Origin: Malacoraja senta
Taxonomy: Eukaryota
Reading direction: 5' to 3'
Assembly (NCBI GenBank): GCA_038087875.1
Contig: CM075989.1
Location: 2,418,001 to 2,482,000, forward strand
Length of the DNA stretch: 64,000 nucleotides
The position numbers and the translations under genes are program-made. The notes beneath the pieces were generated by a model. The model searched no databases, was not told the DNA's origin, and saw only the letters and a program-made list of their open reading frames with translations. Each line of letters begins with the position of its first letter. The stretch's first letter is position 1. Below are positions 24,085-36,824 of this stretch, one piece after another.

Positions 24085-24400
24085 AGGGTTGCACGGTGGC
24101 GCAGATGTAGAATTGCTGCCCAGAGCTTGCAGCGCCAGAGTCCCGGGATTAATCCCGACTACAGGTGCTGTTTGAATGGAATTTGTACCTTCTCCCCGTG
24201 ACCTGCTTGGGTTTTCTCCGAGATCTTCAGTTTCCTCCCACACTCCAAAGATGTAGAGGTATGTAGGTAAATTGGCTCGGTGTATGTGTAAATTGCCCGA
24301 ATGTGTGTAGGGTAGTGTTAATGTGCGGGGATCGCTGTTCGGCACAGACCCGGTGGGCCGAAAGGCCTTTATCCGCACTGTATCTCTGTATCTGTATCTC
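24085..24400 (+). mobile_element. HE1-like V-SINE
   Basis: GCACGGTGGCGCAG head, V-domain and CTGTATCT tail. Confidence 0.85.
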
Positions 24401-24759
24401 TGTATCAATGCCCAAAATGGCACTGAGCATTATGTTCCCAGTGGCAATGGCCGTGTAAACTGGTTCAACTGCCTAGTACAGCGGAATTACAGACATCTGC
24501 TTCCACAGTCTTGCTTTGTGTTTTGTTTATTTTTTAATGACTTTTAATTTGGAAACATTACATTCCGGTCATTTAATATAGAACATAGAACAGTATCAAT
24601 TCAGTTCAGTTTATTGTCACGTGCTCCGAGCTTTTGTTGCGTGCTAACCAGTCAGCAGAAAGACAATACATGATTCCAATCAAGCCATTAACTGTGTATC
24701 GGTACACGGCAAGCGAATAATGTTTAGTTCAAGATAAAGCCAGTAATGCCTGATCAAAT

Positions 24760-26225
24760 GTAGACACAAAATGCTGGAGTAACTCAGCTGGACAGGCAGC
24801 ATCTCTGGAGAGAAGGAATGGGTGACGTTTCGGGTCAAGATCCTTCTTCTACTGATGTCAGGGGAGTGGGCGGGACAGAGATAGAATGTAGTCAGAGACA
24901 GTAAGATTGGTGGGAGAACTGAGAAGGGGGAGGGGATGGAGAGAGAGGGAAAGCAAGGGCTATTTGAAGTTAGAGAAGTCAATGTTTATAGCGCTGGGGT
25001 GTAATCCACCCAAGCAAAATATGAGATGCTGCTCCTCCAATTTGCGCTGGCCTCACTCTGACAATGGAGGAGGCCCAGGACAGAAAGTTCAGATTGGGAA
25101 TGGGAGGGGGGGTTGAAGTGCTGAGCCACCGGGAGATCAGGTAGTTAAAGACCCTGTCCCACGGGCAGGCGGTTACTGGCGGTGACGCGCGGTGTAGCAG
25201 GAAGTTGGGACCGCGCGTGGACCGCGGGGTTGGTCCCACGCAGTTCGCCGGAACCGTATGTAGTTGGTCCCGGTGCTCAGAAAAACTGACACTGTCCAAA
25301 AATCTCGGCCTGCCACCCAGCCGCCGCCTCTTCACCGCGAGCACCGCCTGTACGCCACGAGCACCGCCTGTACGCCACGAGCACCGCCTGTACGCCACGA
25401 GCACCGCCTGTACGCCGCGAGCCGTCTCAACGTCATCACCCGACGCCGCGCTCGCCGCATGCATTCGCATGCTCGTGGGACAGGCCGTACGGTAATCACT
25501 CGGCCTCCGCGCGTCAACCGCTTCCGGTTAGGTTGTGCTTGCCGCATGCTCGTGGGACCGGCCATACTGTGAACACTCGGCCCCCCGCGCGGCGCTCCCG
25601 CGGTAGCCGCGCAGTCCCCGCTTCCGGGGGACGCCGCGCTTCACCGCCTGTTACCGCCTGCCCGTGGGACAGGGCCTGTAGTTTAACGGGGACTGAATGG
25701 AGGTGTTCAGTGAAATGATCACGGAGCCTGCGCTTGGTCTCACCGATGTACTGGAGTTGACACCTGGAACAGTGGATATAGTAGATGAGGTTGGAGGAGG
25801 GGCAAGTGAACCTCTGCTCACCTGGAAAGATTGTCGGGGTCCTTGGACAGAGTCGAGGGGGAGGTAAAGGGACAGGTGTTGCATCTCCTGCGGTTGCAGG
25901 GGAACGTACCTGGGGAGGGGTTCGTTTGGGTGGGAAGGGACGAGTTGACCAGGGATTTGTGGAGGGAACGGTCTCTGCAGAAAGCAGAAAGGGGTGGAGA
26001 TGGGAAGATGTGGCCAGTAGTGGGATCCCGTTGGAGGTGGTGAAATTGTTGGAGGATTATGTGCTGTATGCGACGGCTGATGGGGTGGAAGGTGAGGACA
26101 AGGGGGACTCTGTCCTTGTTATGAATGGGGGGAGGGGGAGCAAGAGTGGAGCTGCGGGATATCGTGGAGACCCTAGTGAGAGCCTCATCTATAATGGAAG
26201 AGGGGAACCCCCGTTTCCTTAAGAA
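24760..26225 (-). mobile_element. Penelope-like element 3' fragment, interrupted by a MITE
   Basis: Antisense homology to 57000-57900 (GIY-YIG region and pLTR). Confidence 0.85.
25149..25677. mobile_element. GC-rich Harbinger-type MITE with internal 20-bp tandem x4
   Basis: TIRs AGACCCTGTCCCACGGGCAGGCGGT / ACCGCCTGCCCGTGGGACAGGGCCT; CGAGCACCGCCTGTACGCCA repeats from 25338. Confidence 0.88.
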
Positions 26226-26404
26226 TGTCTGATTAAAGATTGCCCGAGGGTCACCAATGAGGTGGATAGTAGCTCAGGACTGTTTTCCAGGAACAGGCCC
26301 TTCAGCCCATAATGTCCATGCTGAACATGATGACAACATAAACTAATATCCATTGTCTGCACGTGATCCCTGCATAAACACATGCTTCTCTTAGATGTCA
26401 CTAT

Positions 26405-29400
26405 CCTATCCTGGCGGGGAGATTTGCAAAGGCTACTGGGGAGACAGTTGAGGGGAGGGACTCAAATAGAGAAAGCAAGTAGAAACTGTGGGAGGCAGGA
26501 GGCAGAGAAGGGAAGCACTCGGACCCAAAATGTAGGGGAGAAAGAAGAAAAAGATAATAAACAGAGAATAAGTAGTGGTGGGTTTCTTAAATGTGTATAT
26601 TTTAATGCTAGGAGGATTGTAAGAAAGGTGGATGAGCTTAGAGCCTGGATTGACACCTGGAAGTATGATGTTGTGGCGATCAGTGAAACATGGTTGCAGG
26701 AGGGCTGTGATTGGAAACTAAATATTCCAGGATTTCGTTGCTTCAGGGGTGATAGAATTGGAGGGGCAAGAGGTGGGGGTGTTGCATTGCTTATCAGGGA
26801 AGATATTACAGCAGTGCTTTGGCAGGATAAATTAGAGGGCTCGTCTAGGGAGGCTATTTGGGTGGAACTGAGAAATGGGAATGGTGTAGCAACACTTATA
26901 GGGGTGTATTATAGACCGCCAAATGGGGAGCGAGAATTGGAAGAGCAAATAAGAAGATAGCAGATATTAGTAGTAAGCACAAGGTAGTGATTGTGGGAGA
27001 TTTCAATTTTCCACACATAGACTGGGAAACACATTCTGTAAAAGGGCTGGATGGTTTGGAGTTTGTAAAATGTGTGCAGGATAGTTTTTTGCAGCAATAC
27101 ATAGAGGTACCTACTAGAGAAGGGGCAGTGCTGGACGTCCTGTTAGGAAATGGGACGGGTCAGGTGGCGGAGGTATGCGTCGGGGAGCACTTCGGGTCCA
27201 GTGATCACAATACCATTAGTTTCAATATAATTATGGAGAGGGTCAGAACTGGACCTAGGGTTGAGATTTTTGATTGGAGAAAGGCTAACTTTGAGGAGAT
27301 GCGAAAGGATTTAAAAGGAGTGAATTGGGACATGTTGTTTTATGGGAAGGATGTAGAAGAGAAATGGAGAACATTTAAAGGTGAAATTTTAAGAGTACAG
27401 AATCTTTATGTCCCTGTTCGGTTGAAAGGAAATAGTAAAAATTGGAAAGAGCCATGGTTTTCAAGGGAAATTAGACACTTGGTTTGGAAAAAGAGAGAGA
27501 TATACAATAATTATAGGCAGCATGGAGTAAATGAGGTGCTTGAGGAGTATAAAGAATGTAAAAAGAATATGAAGAAAGAAATTAGAAAAGCTAAAAGAAG
27601 ATATGAGGTTGCTTTGGCAAGTAAGGTGAAAGTAAATCCAAAGAGTTTCTACAGCTATATTAATAGCAAAAGGATAACAAGGAATAAAATTGGTCCATTA
27701 GAGAGTCAGAGTGGACAGCTATCTGCAGAGCCAAAAGAGATAGGGGAGATATTGAACAATTTCTTTTCTTCGGTATTCACCAAGGAGAAGGATATGGAAT
27801 TATGTGAGGTAAGGGAAACAAGCAGAGTAGCAATGGAAACTATGAGATTCAAAGAAGAGGAGGTGCGGACACTTTTGAAAAATATGAAAACGGATAAGTC
27901 TCCAGGTCGTGACAGGATATTCCCTAGGACATGAGGGAAGTTAGTGTAGAAATAGCAGGGGCTATGACAGAAATATTTCAAATGTCATTAGAAACGGCAA
28001 TAGTGCCGGAGTATTGGCGTACTGCGCATGTTGTTCCGTTGTTTAAAAAGGGTTCTAAGAGTAAACCTAGCAATTATAGACCTGTTAGTTTGACGTCAGT
28101 CGTGGGAAAATTAATGGAAAGGATACTTAGAGATAATATAGATACGCATCTGGATAAGCAGGGTCTGATTAGGAACAGTCAACATGGATTTGTGCCTGGA
28201 AGGTCATGTTTGACTAATCTTCTTGAATTTTTCGAAGAGGTTACTAGGGAAATTGATGAGGGTAAAGCAGTGGATGTTGTCTATATGGACTTCAGTAAGG
28301 CATTTGACAAGGTTCCTCATGGAAGGTTGGTTAAGAAGATTCAATTGTTGGGTATTAATGGTGGAGTAGCAAGATGGATTCAACAGTGGCTGAATGGGAG
28401 ATGCCAGAGAGTAATGGTGGATGGCTGTTTGTCAGGTTGGAGGCCGGTGACTAGTGGGGTGCCTCAGGGGTCTGTGTTGGGTCCACTGTTGTTTGTCAGG
28501 TACATCAATGATCTGGATGATGGTGTGGAAAATTGGATTAGTAAGTATGCAGATGATACCAAGATAGGTGGTGTTGTGGATAATGAAGTAGATTTTCAAA
28601 GTCTACAGAGAGATTTAGGCCATTTGGAAGAGTGGGCTGAAAGATGGCAGATGGAGTTTAATGCTGATAAATGTGAGGTGCTACATCTCGGCAGGACAAA
28701 TCAAAATAGGACGTACATGGTAAATGGTAGCGAATTGAGGAATGCAGTTGAACAGAGGGATCTAGGAATAACTGTGCATAGTTCCCTGAAGGTGGAATCT
28801 CATGTAGATAGGGTGGAAAGAAAGCTTTTGGTGTGCTGGCCTTTATAAATCAGAGCATTGAATATAGAAGTTGGGATGTAATGTTAAAATTGTACAAGGC
28901 ATTGGTGAGGCCAATTCTGGAGTATGGAGTACAATTTTGGTCGCCTAATTATAGGAAGGATGTCAACAAAATAGAGAGAGTACAGAGGAGATTTACTAGA
29001 ATGTTGCCTGGGTTTCAGCAACTAAGTTACAGAGAAAGGTTGAACAAGTTAGGTCTTTATTCTTTGGAGCGCAGAAGGTTAAGAGGGGACTTGATAGAGG
29101 TCTTTAAAATTATGAGCGGGTTAGACAGAGTTGACGTGGATAAGCTTTTTCCATTGAGAGTAGGGAAGATTCAAACAAGGGGACATGACTTGAGAATTAA
29201 GGGACAGAAGTTTAGGGGTAACATTAGGGGGAACTTCTTTACTCAGAGAGTGGTAGCTGTGTGGAATGAGCTTCCAGTGGAAGTGGTGGAGGCTGGTTCG
29301 ATTTTATCCTTTAAAAATAGATTGGATGGGTATATGGACGGGAAAGGAATGGAGGGTTATGGTCTGAGTGCAGGTAGATGGGACTAGGGGGAAGTAAAAA

Positions 29401-29538
29401 ATAAATAAATAAATAAATAGAAATAAAAAATAAAAAATAAAAATTTTAATTTAAAATTGAAAAAAAGTGTTCGGCACGGACTTGAAGGGCCGAGATGGCC
29501 TGTTTCTGTGCTGTTATGGTTATATGGGTATTTGGTTA
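26405..29538 (+). mobile_element. CR1/HER1-type LINE with near-complete ORF2
   Basis: APE endonuclease (YFNARR, ISETW, YYRPP, GDFN, SDH), RT (PQGSVLGP, YADD) and C-terminus; 3' tail GAAGGGCCGAGATGGCCTGTTTC similar to the SINE tails. Confidence 0.95.
26585..29387 (+). pseudogene. CR1 ORF2 (endonuclease + reverse transcriptase) broken by three frameshifts
   Basis: Consecutive ORFs 26382-26960, 26987-27934, 27931-28848 and 28833-29387 in shifting frames. Confidence 0.92.
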
Positions 29539-29539
29539 T

Positions 29540-30265
29540 CAGCCACCGTCACCACTCCTGGCAGCACAGTCCACACACACCATCCTCTGTGTTCAAATAT
29601 TTGCTCCATATTTGCTCCAATATTTCCTTTAACTTTTCACCTAAAGCTATGCCTTCTAGCCTGGGAACAGGGATCTGACTGTGCCTCTCATAATGTTATG
29701 TGCTTCTATCAGGTCTCCCCACAGCCTCTGAAGCTCCAGAGAAAACAATGCAAGACTTTCCAACCTCTCCTTATAGCTAATATCTCCTGATCCAGGCACC
29801 ATTCTGGTAAACCTCTTCTGCATCCTCTCCAAAGCCCCCATATCCTCCATGTAATAGGTGACCAGAAATACACACAATACAGCCTAACCAAATGCAGCCT
29901 AACCCAAGTCCTGTAAAACTGCAATCTTCTTCCTGACGCTTAAACTCAGTGTGCTGATGGTGAAGGCAAGCATACCATATGCCTTCATTACCACCATCTA
30001 CTTCTGTTGCCACTGTCAGGGAGCTGTAGACTTGGACCACATCATCCCGCTCTGCATGAATACTGTGAAGGGTCTTGCCATTAACAGTATACCTTCCCCT
30101 TATATTTGACCTCCCAAAGTGCAAAGCCTCACACTTGCTTGGATTAAACTCCATCTGCCATGACTGCACACATTTCTGTGGCTGATCTATATCCCATTGT
30201 ATACTTTGACAACCATTCTCACTGTTTGCAGCTCCACCAGTTTTGGTGTCTTCTATAAACTTAAC
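29540..30265 (-). mobile_element. Older antisense CR1, host of the 26.4 kb CR1 (its 3' end is at ~26290-26404)
   Basis: WQMEFNPSKCEALHFGRSN and ALERMQKRFTRMVPG. Confidence 0.8.
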
Positions 30266-31046
30266 ATCAAATGGTTGTGGATGGTGAATCTAACAAAATA
30301 ATTGGGGGGTTTCATTACATGGAAGAGGGCAGAGTTGTAACTGATGTTATATTTTTCATGTTGCTGGGCATTATGCCCCTGTGGTAATAGACTGCGTGAA
30401 AAGCCTTGTACAGGCGCATTCTCGACACTTGTTTTGCTAAGTTTGCTTTCAAAAAGAGCTGAGTTTTACTTTAAAAAGTGACTTTAAATTTGGAAAAACT
30501 ACATTCCAGTCATTTACCATAGAACATAGAACAATGTTGCACAGGAACCATGTCCTTCAGCCCACAATGTCCGTGCCGAACATGAAGCCAAGTGAAACTA
30601 ATCTCCTCTGCCTGCACGTGATCCATATCCCTCCATTCCCTGCATCTCCATATCCATGTCTAGAAGCCTCTTAAATGGCTATCGCATCTATCATATCGTA
30701 TCGGCTTCCACCACCACCCCAGGCAGCATGTTCCAGGCACCCACCAGCCTATGTAAATTTTAGCCCTCACACCTCTGGCCTTTGACATTTTGACCCTGGG
30801 AAAAACACTTCTGATTGTGTACCCCTAGCTATGCTATTTGAGAACTTTCTTTATTGTGAATAATAATTGATCCCTTAACACTTCAAACTAGTAATGAGGG
30901 AGTTGAAGAGAATTTGGGTGATCTTTCTCAGGCAAGAACATTCAACTGACGCATCAGGCCAGAATCCACAAGTCACGCCAACAATATCCACAGCACATGT
31001 ATTGTGCTCCATCTAAAATCTCAATGTTGCTTGACTACTAACATAC

Positions 31047-31105
31047 AGTTCAACCTGAACTGTGGTTTCCACCAATCTCCGAAGATCTTTCCTGGTCCGA
31101 GAACA
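31047..31105 (-). CDS. Candidate exon CSRTRKDLRRLVETTVQVE(L)
   Basis: Donor CT/GTATGT; acceptor cttctcag supplied by the adjacent Rex element (alternative gaccag at 31092); phase 0-2. Confidence 0.2.
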
Positions 31106-31605
31106 CTGAGAAGATTACGGAGAGTCGGTTTGTCAAGGAGGACTCTCTCTAACTTCTACCGGTGCACAGTAGAGAGCATGCTGACCGGTTGCATCGCGGC
31201 TTGGTTCGGCAACTTGAGCGCCCTGGAGAGGGGATCTATCGCAGTCGCTGCCTCAAAAAGGCTGGCAGTATCATCAAGGACCCACACCATCCTGGCCACA
31301 CACTCATCTCCCTACTACCTTCAGGTAGAAGGTACAGGAGCCTGAAGACTGCAACGACCAGGTTCAGGAATAGCTACTTCCCCACAGCCATCAGGCTATT
31401 AAACCTGGCTCGGACAAAACACTGAACTTTATTAGCCAATTAACTGTTATTTGCACTTTATCAGTATATTGATTCATGTGTGTATATATTTATAGAATGC
31501 CTTGTAGTCAATGCCTACTATGTTCTGTTGTGCTGAAGCAAAGCAAGAATTTCATTGTCATATCAGGGACACATGACAATCAACTCACTTGACTTGACGA
31601 CTTGA
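31098..31605 (+). mobile_element. Rex1/Babar-type 3' fragment with internal deletion
   Basis: LRRLRRVGLSRRTLSNFYRCTVESMLTGCIAAWFGN..IIKDPHHPGH..LLPSGRRYRS..FPTAIRLLN; CTTGA tail. Confidence 0.85.
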
Positions 31606-31821
31606 ATTACTGGTCAAAGCCAGAGCACACATTCATATTGTGATTTCATATATAGTTTAGTTAATTTAGTTTAGTTTAGTTTATTGTCACATGTACCGAG
31701 GGAAAGTGAAAAACTTTTTAATTGCATGCTAACGAGTCAGTGGAAAGAACTCGTGATTACTATCAAGCCGTCGACAGTGTACAGACACAGGTTAAAGAGA
31801 ATAATGCTTAGTGCAAGGTTA

Positions 31822-32225
31822 AACATAGAAACATAGAAAATAGGTGCCGGAGGAGGCCATTCGGCCCTTCGAGCCAGCACTGCCATTCATTGTGATCATG
31901 GCTGATCGTCCCCAATCAAAACCCGTGCCTGCCTTCTCCCCATATCCCTTGCTTCCACTAGCCCCTAGAGCTCTATCTAACTCGCTCTTAAATCCATCCA
32001 GTGACTTGGCCTCCACTGCCCTCTGTGGCAGGGAATTCCACAAATTCACAACTCTCTGGGTGAAAACGTTTTTTCTCACCTCAGTCTTAAATGGCCTCCC
32101 CTTTATTCTAAGACTGTGGCCCCTGGTTCTGGACTCGCCCAACATTGGGAACATTTTTCCTGCATGTAGCTTGTCCAGTCCTTTTATAATTTAATATGTT
32201 TCTATAAGATCTCCCCTCATCCTTC
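31822..32225 (-). mobile_element. CR1 3' fragment
   Basis: MFPMLGESRTRGHSLRIKG..LWNSLPQRAVEA. Confidence 0.88.
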
Positions 32226-33741
32226 GAGTAAAGTTGAGTAAAGTCCGATTAAATATAGTGCAAGGTAATCTTTGATAATCAGATGCGATATTGTATGTAT
32301 GCTACCGTTCAGTTTCAGATTTAGTTTCTGTCATAGACACCAGGGTGCAATGAAATTCCTTGTTCATATGAAGCTGACAGAATAAACGCCACATGTGAAA
32401 GATGACACAATAAATACACCGATGAATGCCAAGCAGCAGAATGGTGCAAGGATTGTAGTGCATTCTGAAGTAGTGCAAAAAATGTAAACATCAATGAAGG
32501 GATAACTGTATGAGGTAGAGTTAAGAGTAAGAATAGGGGAAGGGGAAGGGGAAGTGGTGTCCTTATGAGGAGAGGGACGTCAGCTCATAGGAACTGCTCC
32601 AGTACATCGAGCGGGCGGAATGGCCAGACATTAGACTTTGGAAATGGCACCAAAGCATGTGTAAAATGAATATAAAAATAAGAATAACAATATTTGTAAA
32701 AATAAATTCACTGCGCAGTTGCATATGTGACAAAATAAGCATTATTGAACCATTGGTTCAGAAATTTGGTAGCAGAGTGGGAAAAGGTGTTCTTAACACC
32801 TGAGCTTTTGAGCGCTTGCATCTTCTCCCAGAATGTAGGCGGGCCAGGGTGGCAGGCCTCCTCGACAATGGACCGTGAAGACGGACTGGATGGAAGGAAG
32901 TGAGGAGCCTGTGATGGACTGTGAGGTTCACCACTCTCTGTAAGATCAGGCGGTCAAGAACAGAGCTGAGACCCAGAACAGGAAAGCACATCAGTAGACG
33001 TTTAAGAAAACCCTTGCAGACGTGCCAAATCTAAAAAAAGTAAATATACTGATGTGTAGGAAGCAACTGCAGATGCTGGTTTCAACTGAAGATAGACACA
33101 AAAAGCTGGAGTAACTCAGCAGGACAGGCAGTATCTCTGGAGAGAAGGAATGGGTGACGTTTTGGGTCGAGACCCTTTTCCAGACTGGTGCTGATACACT
33201 GATGTGCTTTCTTGATCACATATGAAGGGACGAGGTGATGTTGCAGGTGTTATGGATGCCTGGGAACTTGAACCTGCCGACTATGTCTACAGCAGCTCCT
33301 TTGATGAGGACAAGGGTGTGTTTCCCCCCCCCCCCCCTCCTCTCTCACTTCCTTAGATGAAGAACAAACTATTTTGGTCAGCTGACGTTAACGGCTAGGT
33401 TAACCCTTAACACCATGACACTGGGTTCCTGACCTCTTTCCTGTACTCTGTCTCATCTTAGTCATTGACCTGACAGACAACCGTGGCTTCATCAGCAAAT
33501 TTACACTACGGTGCTGGTAAAACATACACCACCACACATTGTTTTGCTGCCTACATTTTCTTTCCTGACCGCTTAGTGTCCCATCTTTTATGACCCAGAT
33601 TTATTTTTGAAAATATGGTCATTCTAAATTTAAAATAGCCAGACATCTGTTGTGGTCAAGTGGCCCGGGCACTTTGAAACACCCCGTTGAGACTGAGTGA
33701 GAGAGAGAGCATGGCCAGAAAACAGAGCGCTCAGCACTTAC

Positions 33742-33882
33742 GCACTGCTCAAATGAAACTGGCTTAGTCAAGGCCAAAGTCTCCCAGTCTTTCACACAGT
33801 TCAGCATTAAATAAAATGTGTGTTTCAAGGGTTGTGAACTGTTATTGCCGTCTTTGTTTTGATTATTTTTGAAAGGGACCCA
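33742..33882 (-). CDS. Candidate 141-nt exon WVPFKNNQNKDG..HTFYLMLNCVKDWETLALTKPVSFEQC
   Basis: Strong acceptor gtgctctcttacag and donor /GTAAGT; only phase 0-0 is open; unique sequence. Confidence 0.4.
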
Positions 33883-34509
33883 CTGTAAGAGAGCACAATC
33901 AGGTGTTTGGCTGAAACCTGCTTCTGCTGTTCCCACTTCTCAGCCTGGTGTATGTTCAATGCTCAACGGTTGAGTTGAGTTTATTGCTGCATGTACTGAG
34001 GTACAGTGAAGAGCTTTTGTTGTGTGCTATCCAGTCAGCAGAAAGACAATACGTCCACAGCATAGATACATGATAAAGGGAACAACGTGAATAATGTTTA
34101 GTGCAAGATAAAGCCTGGTAAAGTCGATCAAAGATAGTCTGAGGAAGTACCGATGAGGTCCTAAGCACTACATCTTTGGGGGGACTTTTGGGGGGGGGTT
34201 TCAAATTGCACTCTTGTAATTCTGGCCGCATTAAAGGAGGTGCTGGACCATCAGTTGCCAGAACATTGGTGGTGGAGCTGTACTGTAATTGCGTGGACAA
34301 ACAAGAAATAGCTGGTGGGCTGGAAGAGAATAACAATAAATCTCGTTTGTACCATGAACACAAAATGTTCAAATGGAAAATACAGCAGTGTCTCCTTTTG
34401 TCTTTTTCGGGATCTGAGTGTCCTACTTGCTGCTGGGACTGTGGTTATGAGCTGCCTGGTTGTAGCCCCGCAGTCCTCTGGTGTTGTTGGGAAGAGTGTT
34501 CCAGGTTTG

Positions 34510-34862
34510 GACGGTGGCGCAGCGGTAGAGTTGCTGCCTCACAGCGCCAGACACCCGGATTCGATCCTAACTACGGGTGCTGTCTGTATGGAGTTTGTAC
34601 GTTCTCCCCGTGACCTCCCCGGTTGCTTCGGTTTTGGTTGGTTCTTGGTTCTTGGTCCAAATGGAATATTCCAAAAGGAATTTAAACTTTTCCTCCCACA
34701 CTCCAAAGACATACAGGTTTGTAGGCAAATTGGCTTGGTGACATTGTAAATTGTCCCCAGTGTGTGTAGGATAGTGTGAGTGTGCTGGGATTGCTGGTCG
34801 GTGTGAACTCGGAGGGCCAAAGGGCCTGTTTCCGTGCTGAATCTCTAAACTAAACTAAACTA
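34510..34862 (+). mobile_element. HE1-like V-SINE with a ~60-bp internal insert
   Basis: Intact head and tail; V-domain interrupted by TTGGTTC-repeat sequence at ~34630-34688. Confidence 0.85.
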
Positions 34863-35384
34863 AGCGATGAAGGCCGGCAGCATATTTCCGAGTCAGGGTG
34901 ATATGTAAACTGCAGGGAAAGCTACAGATCACAACCATCCTGACTTTCCTCTGACATTCATAACTCAACAACTCCACAATGCAAAGGACACTGGCTCTTT
35001 CACTGGCTCCTAATTAGAGATTAAATCTCCCTAAACAAAAGCAATTAGCTCCACAAAACAGCCAGCATCTAATTACAGCATCTCTCCAAAGGGAGAGGAT
35101 GAGTTGGCAGAAAATGTGATTTGCACGCTGGACTCCTTAGAAGCTGGTCACAACTACACTTTAGTATTGGGTTGCTTTGCTGTTTCACCATGGAGTCATA
35201 CAGCTCAGAAACAGTCCCTTCAGCCCACCCAGTCCACACTGAGCAGCCAGCATCCATTTACACCAAACCAGTTTCATTTTGCTCACAGCCGTTCCAACTC
35301 TCCCAGAGCCAACCGCTGACATTTAAGTGAGCGGTAATGTCCAATACCTAATTAACATTCTGACCCATACATCCGACCGTGACC

Positions 35385-35920
35385 ACTTTTGAACCCGATA
35401 TCTGAGGAGGGATGTGCTGGTGTTGGAGAGGGTCCAGAGGAGGTTTACGAGAATGATCCCAGGAATAATTGAGTTAACATATGATGAGCATTCGACGGCA
35501 CGGGGCCTGCACTCGCTGGAGTTTAGAAGGAGGACGGGAGACCTCATTGCAACTTACCAAATAGTGAAAGGCCTGGCTAGAGTGGATGTGGAGAGGATGT
35601 TTCCACTAGTGGGAGAGTCTAGTACCACAGGCCAGAGGCTCAGAATAAAAGGACGTAACTTTATAAAGGAGATGAGGAGGAATTTCTTTAGTCAGAGGGT
35701 GGTGAATCTGTTGAATTCATTGCCACAGACGGCGGTGGAGTTCGTCATTGGGTATTTGTAAGGCAGAAATTGGGAGATTCGTGATTCGTACGGGTGTCAG
35801 AGGTTACTGGGAGAAGGCAGGAGAATGAGGTTGAGACGGGAAGAGAGATCAACCATGATTGAATGACAGAGTAGACAGTGGGCCGGATGGCCTATTTCTA
35901 CTCCTATAACTTATGAACTT
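35385..35920 (+). mobile_element. CR1 3' fragment
   Basis: ORF 35414-35761: VLERVQRRFTRMIPG..FFSQRVVNL. Confidence 0.85.
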
Positions 35921-36222
35921 AGAATGACATGTAGGCTTTGTAGATTAATTGGTTTGTGTAAATTCCCCTAATGTGTAGGTGGTGGATGTGAAAGTGCGAT
36001 AATGTGGAACAAATGTGAAGGGGATATCGATAGTCGGTGTGGACTTGGTGGACTGAAGGAGCAGTTTCCATGCTGTGTCATTCAGTCAATCAATCTTTGG
36101 GACACCGATCGCAGGAAAAACTGGCAAACTCCACACAGGCAGCACCTGGATCACTGAAGCAAATAATGGAAAATTAGACAAGGAGGAGGCTGGATATCTA
36201 TTACTTACCGGTAAGTGAAGAT

Positions 36223-36422
36223 NNNNNNNNNNNNNNNNNNNNNNNNNNNNNNNNNNNNNNNNNNNNNNNNNNNNNNNNNNNNNNNNNNNNNNNNNNNNNN
36301 NNNNNNNNNNNNNNNNNNNNNNNNNNNNNNNNNNNNNNNNNNNNNNNNNNNNNNNNNNNNNNNNNNNNNNNNNNNNNNNNNNNNNNNNNNNNNNNNNNNN
36401 NNNNNNNNNNNNNNNNNNNNNN
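36223..36422. other. Assembly gap (200 N)
   Basis: Run of exactly 200 N; the true size is unknown. Confidence 0.99.
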
Positions 36423-36824
36423 TACATTCTCCCTGTGACCAAGTGGGTTTCCTCCGGGTGCTCTGGTTTCCTCCCACACCCCAAAGACGTGCGGGTTTGT
36501 AGGTTAATTGTTCTCTGTAATTTGCCCCTAGTGTGCAGGGAGTGGATGAGGAAGTAGGATAGCATAGAGCGAACATGGTCAGGTAATCGATGATCGGTGT
36601 GGACGCGACGGGCCAAAGGTCCTGTTTCCATGCTGAGTCTCTAAACCAAATGGTAAACTAAACAGTCTGGGTAAGACAGTTGGAGACAGTTTCTGCCTGA
36701 CCCGCAGAGTTACTCCCTCCAGCGTTTTGTGTCTATGTAGTCTTGGTGAGGTATCTGGTCAAAGAAACAGGCATGGATGACAAGATAGTGAAAACTTGGT
36801 GCAAGATTGGGTCAGAGTCATTAG

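Noticed and set aside
25338..25420. Short direct-repeat array suggesting CRISPR
   Set aside because: Head-to-tail 20-mers without spacers inside a MITE; vertebrate context and no cas genes
36086..36631. ORFs spanning X runs
   Set aside because: Created by the N gap joined to SINE sequence
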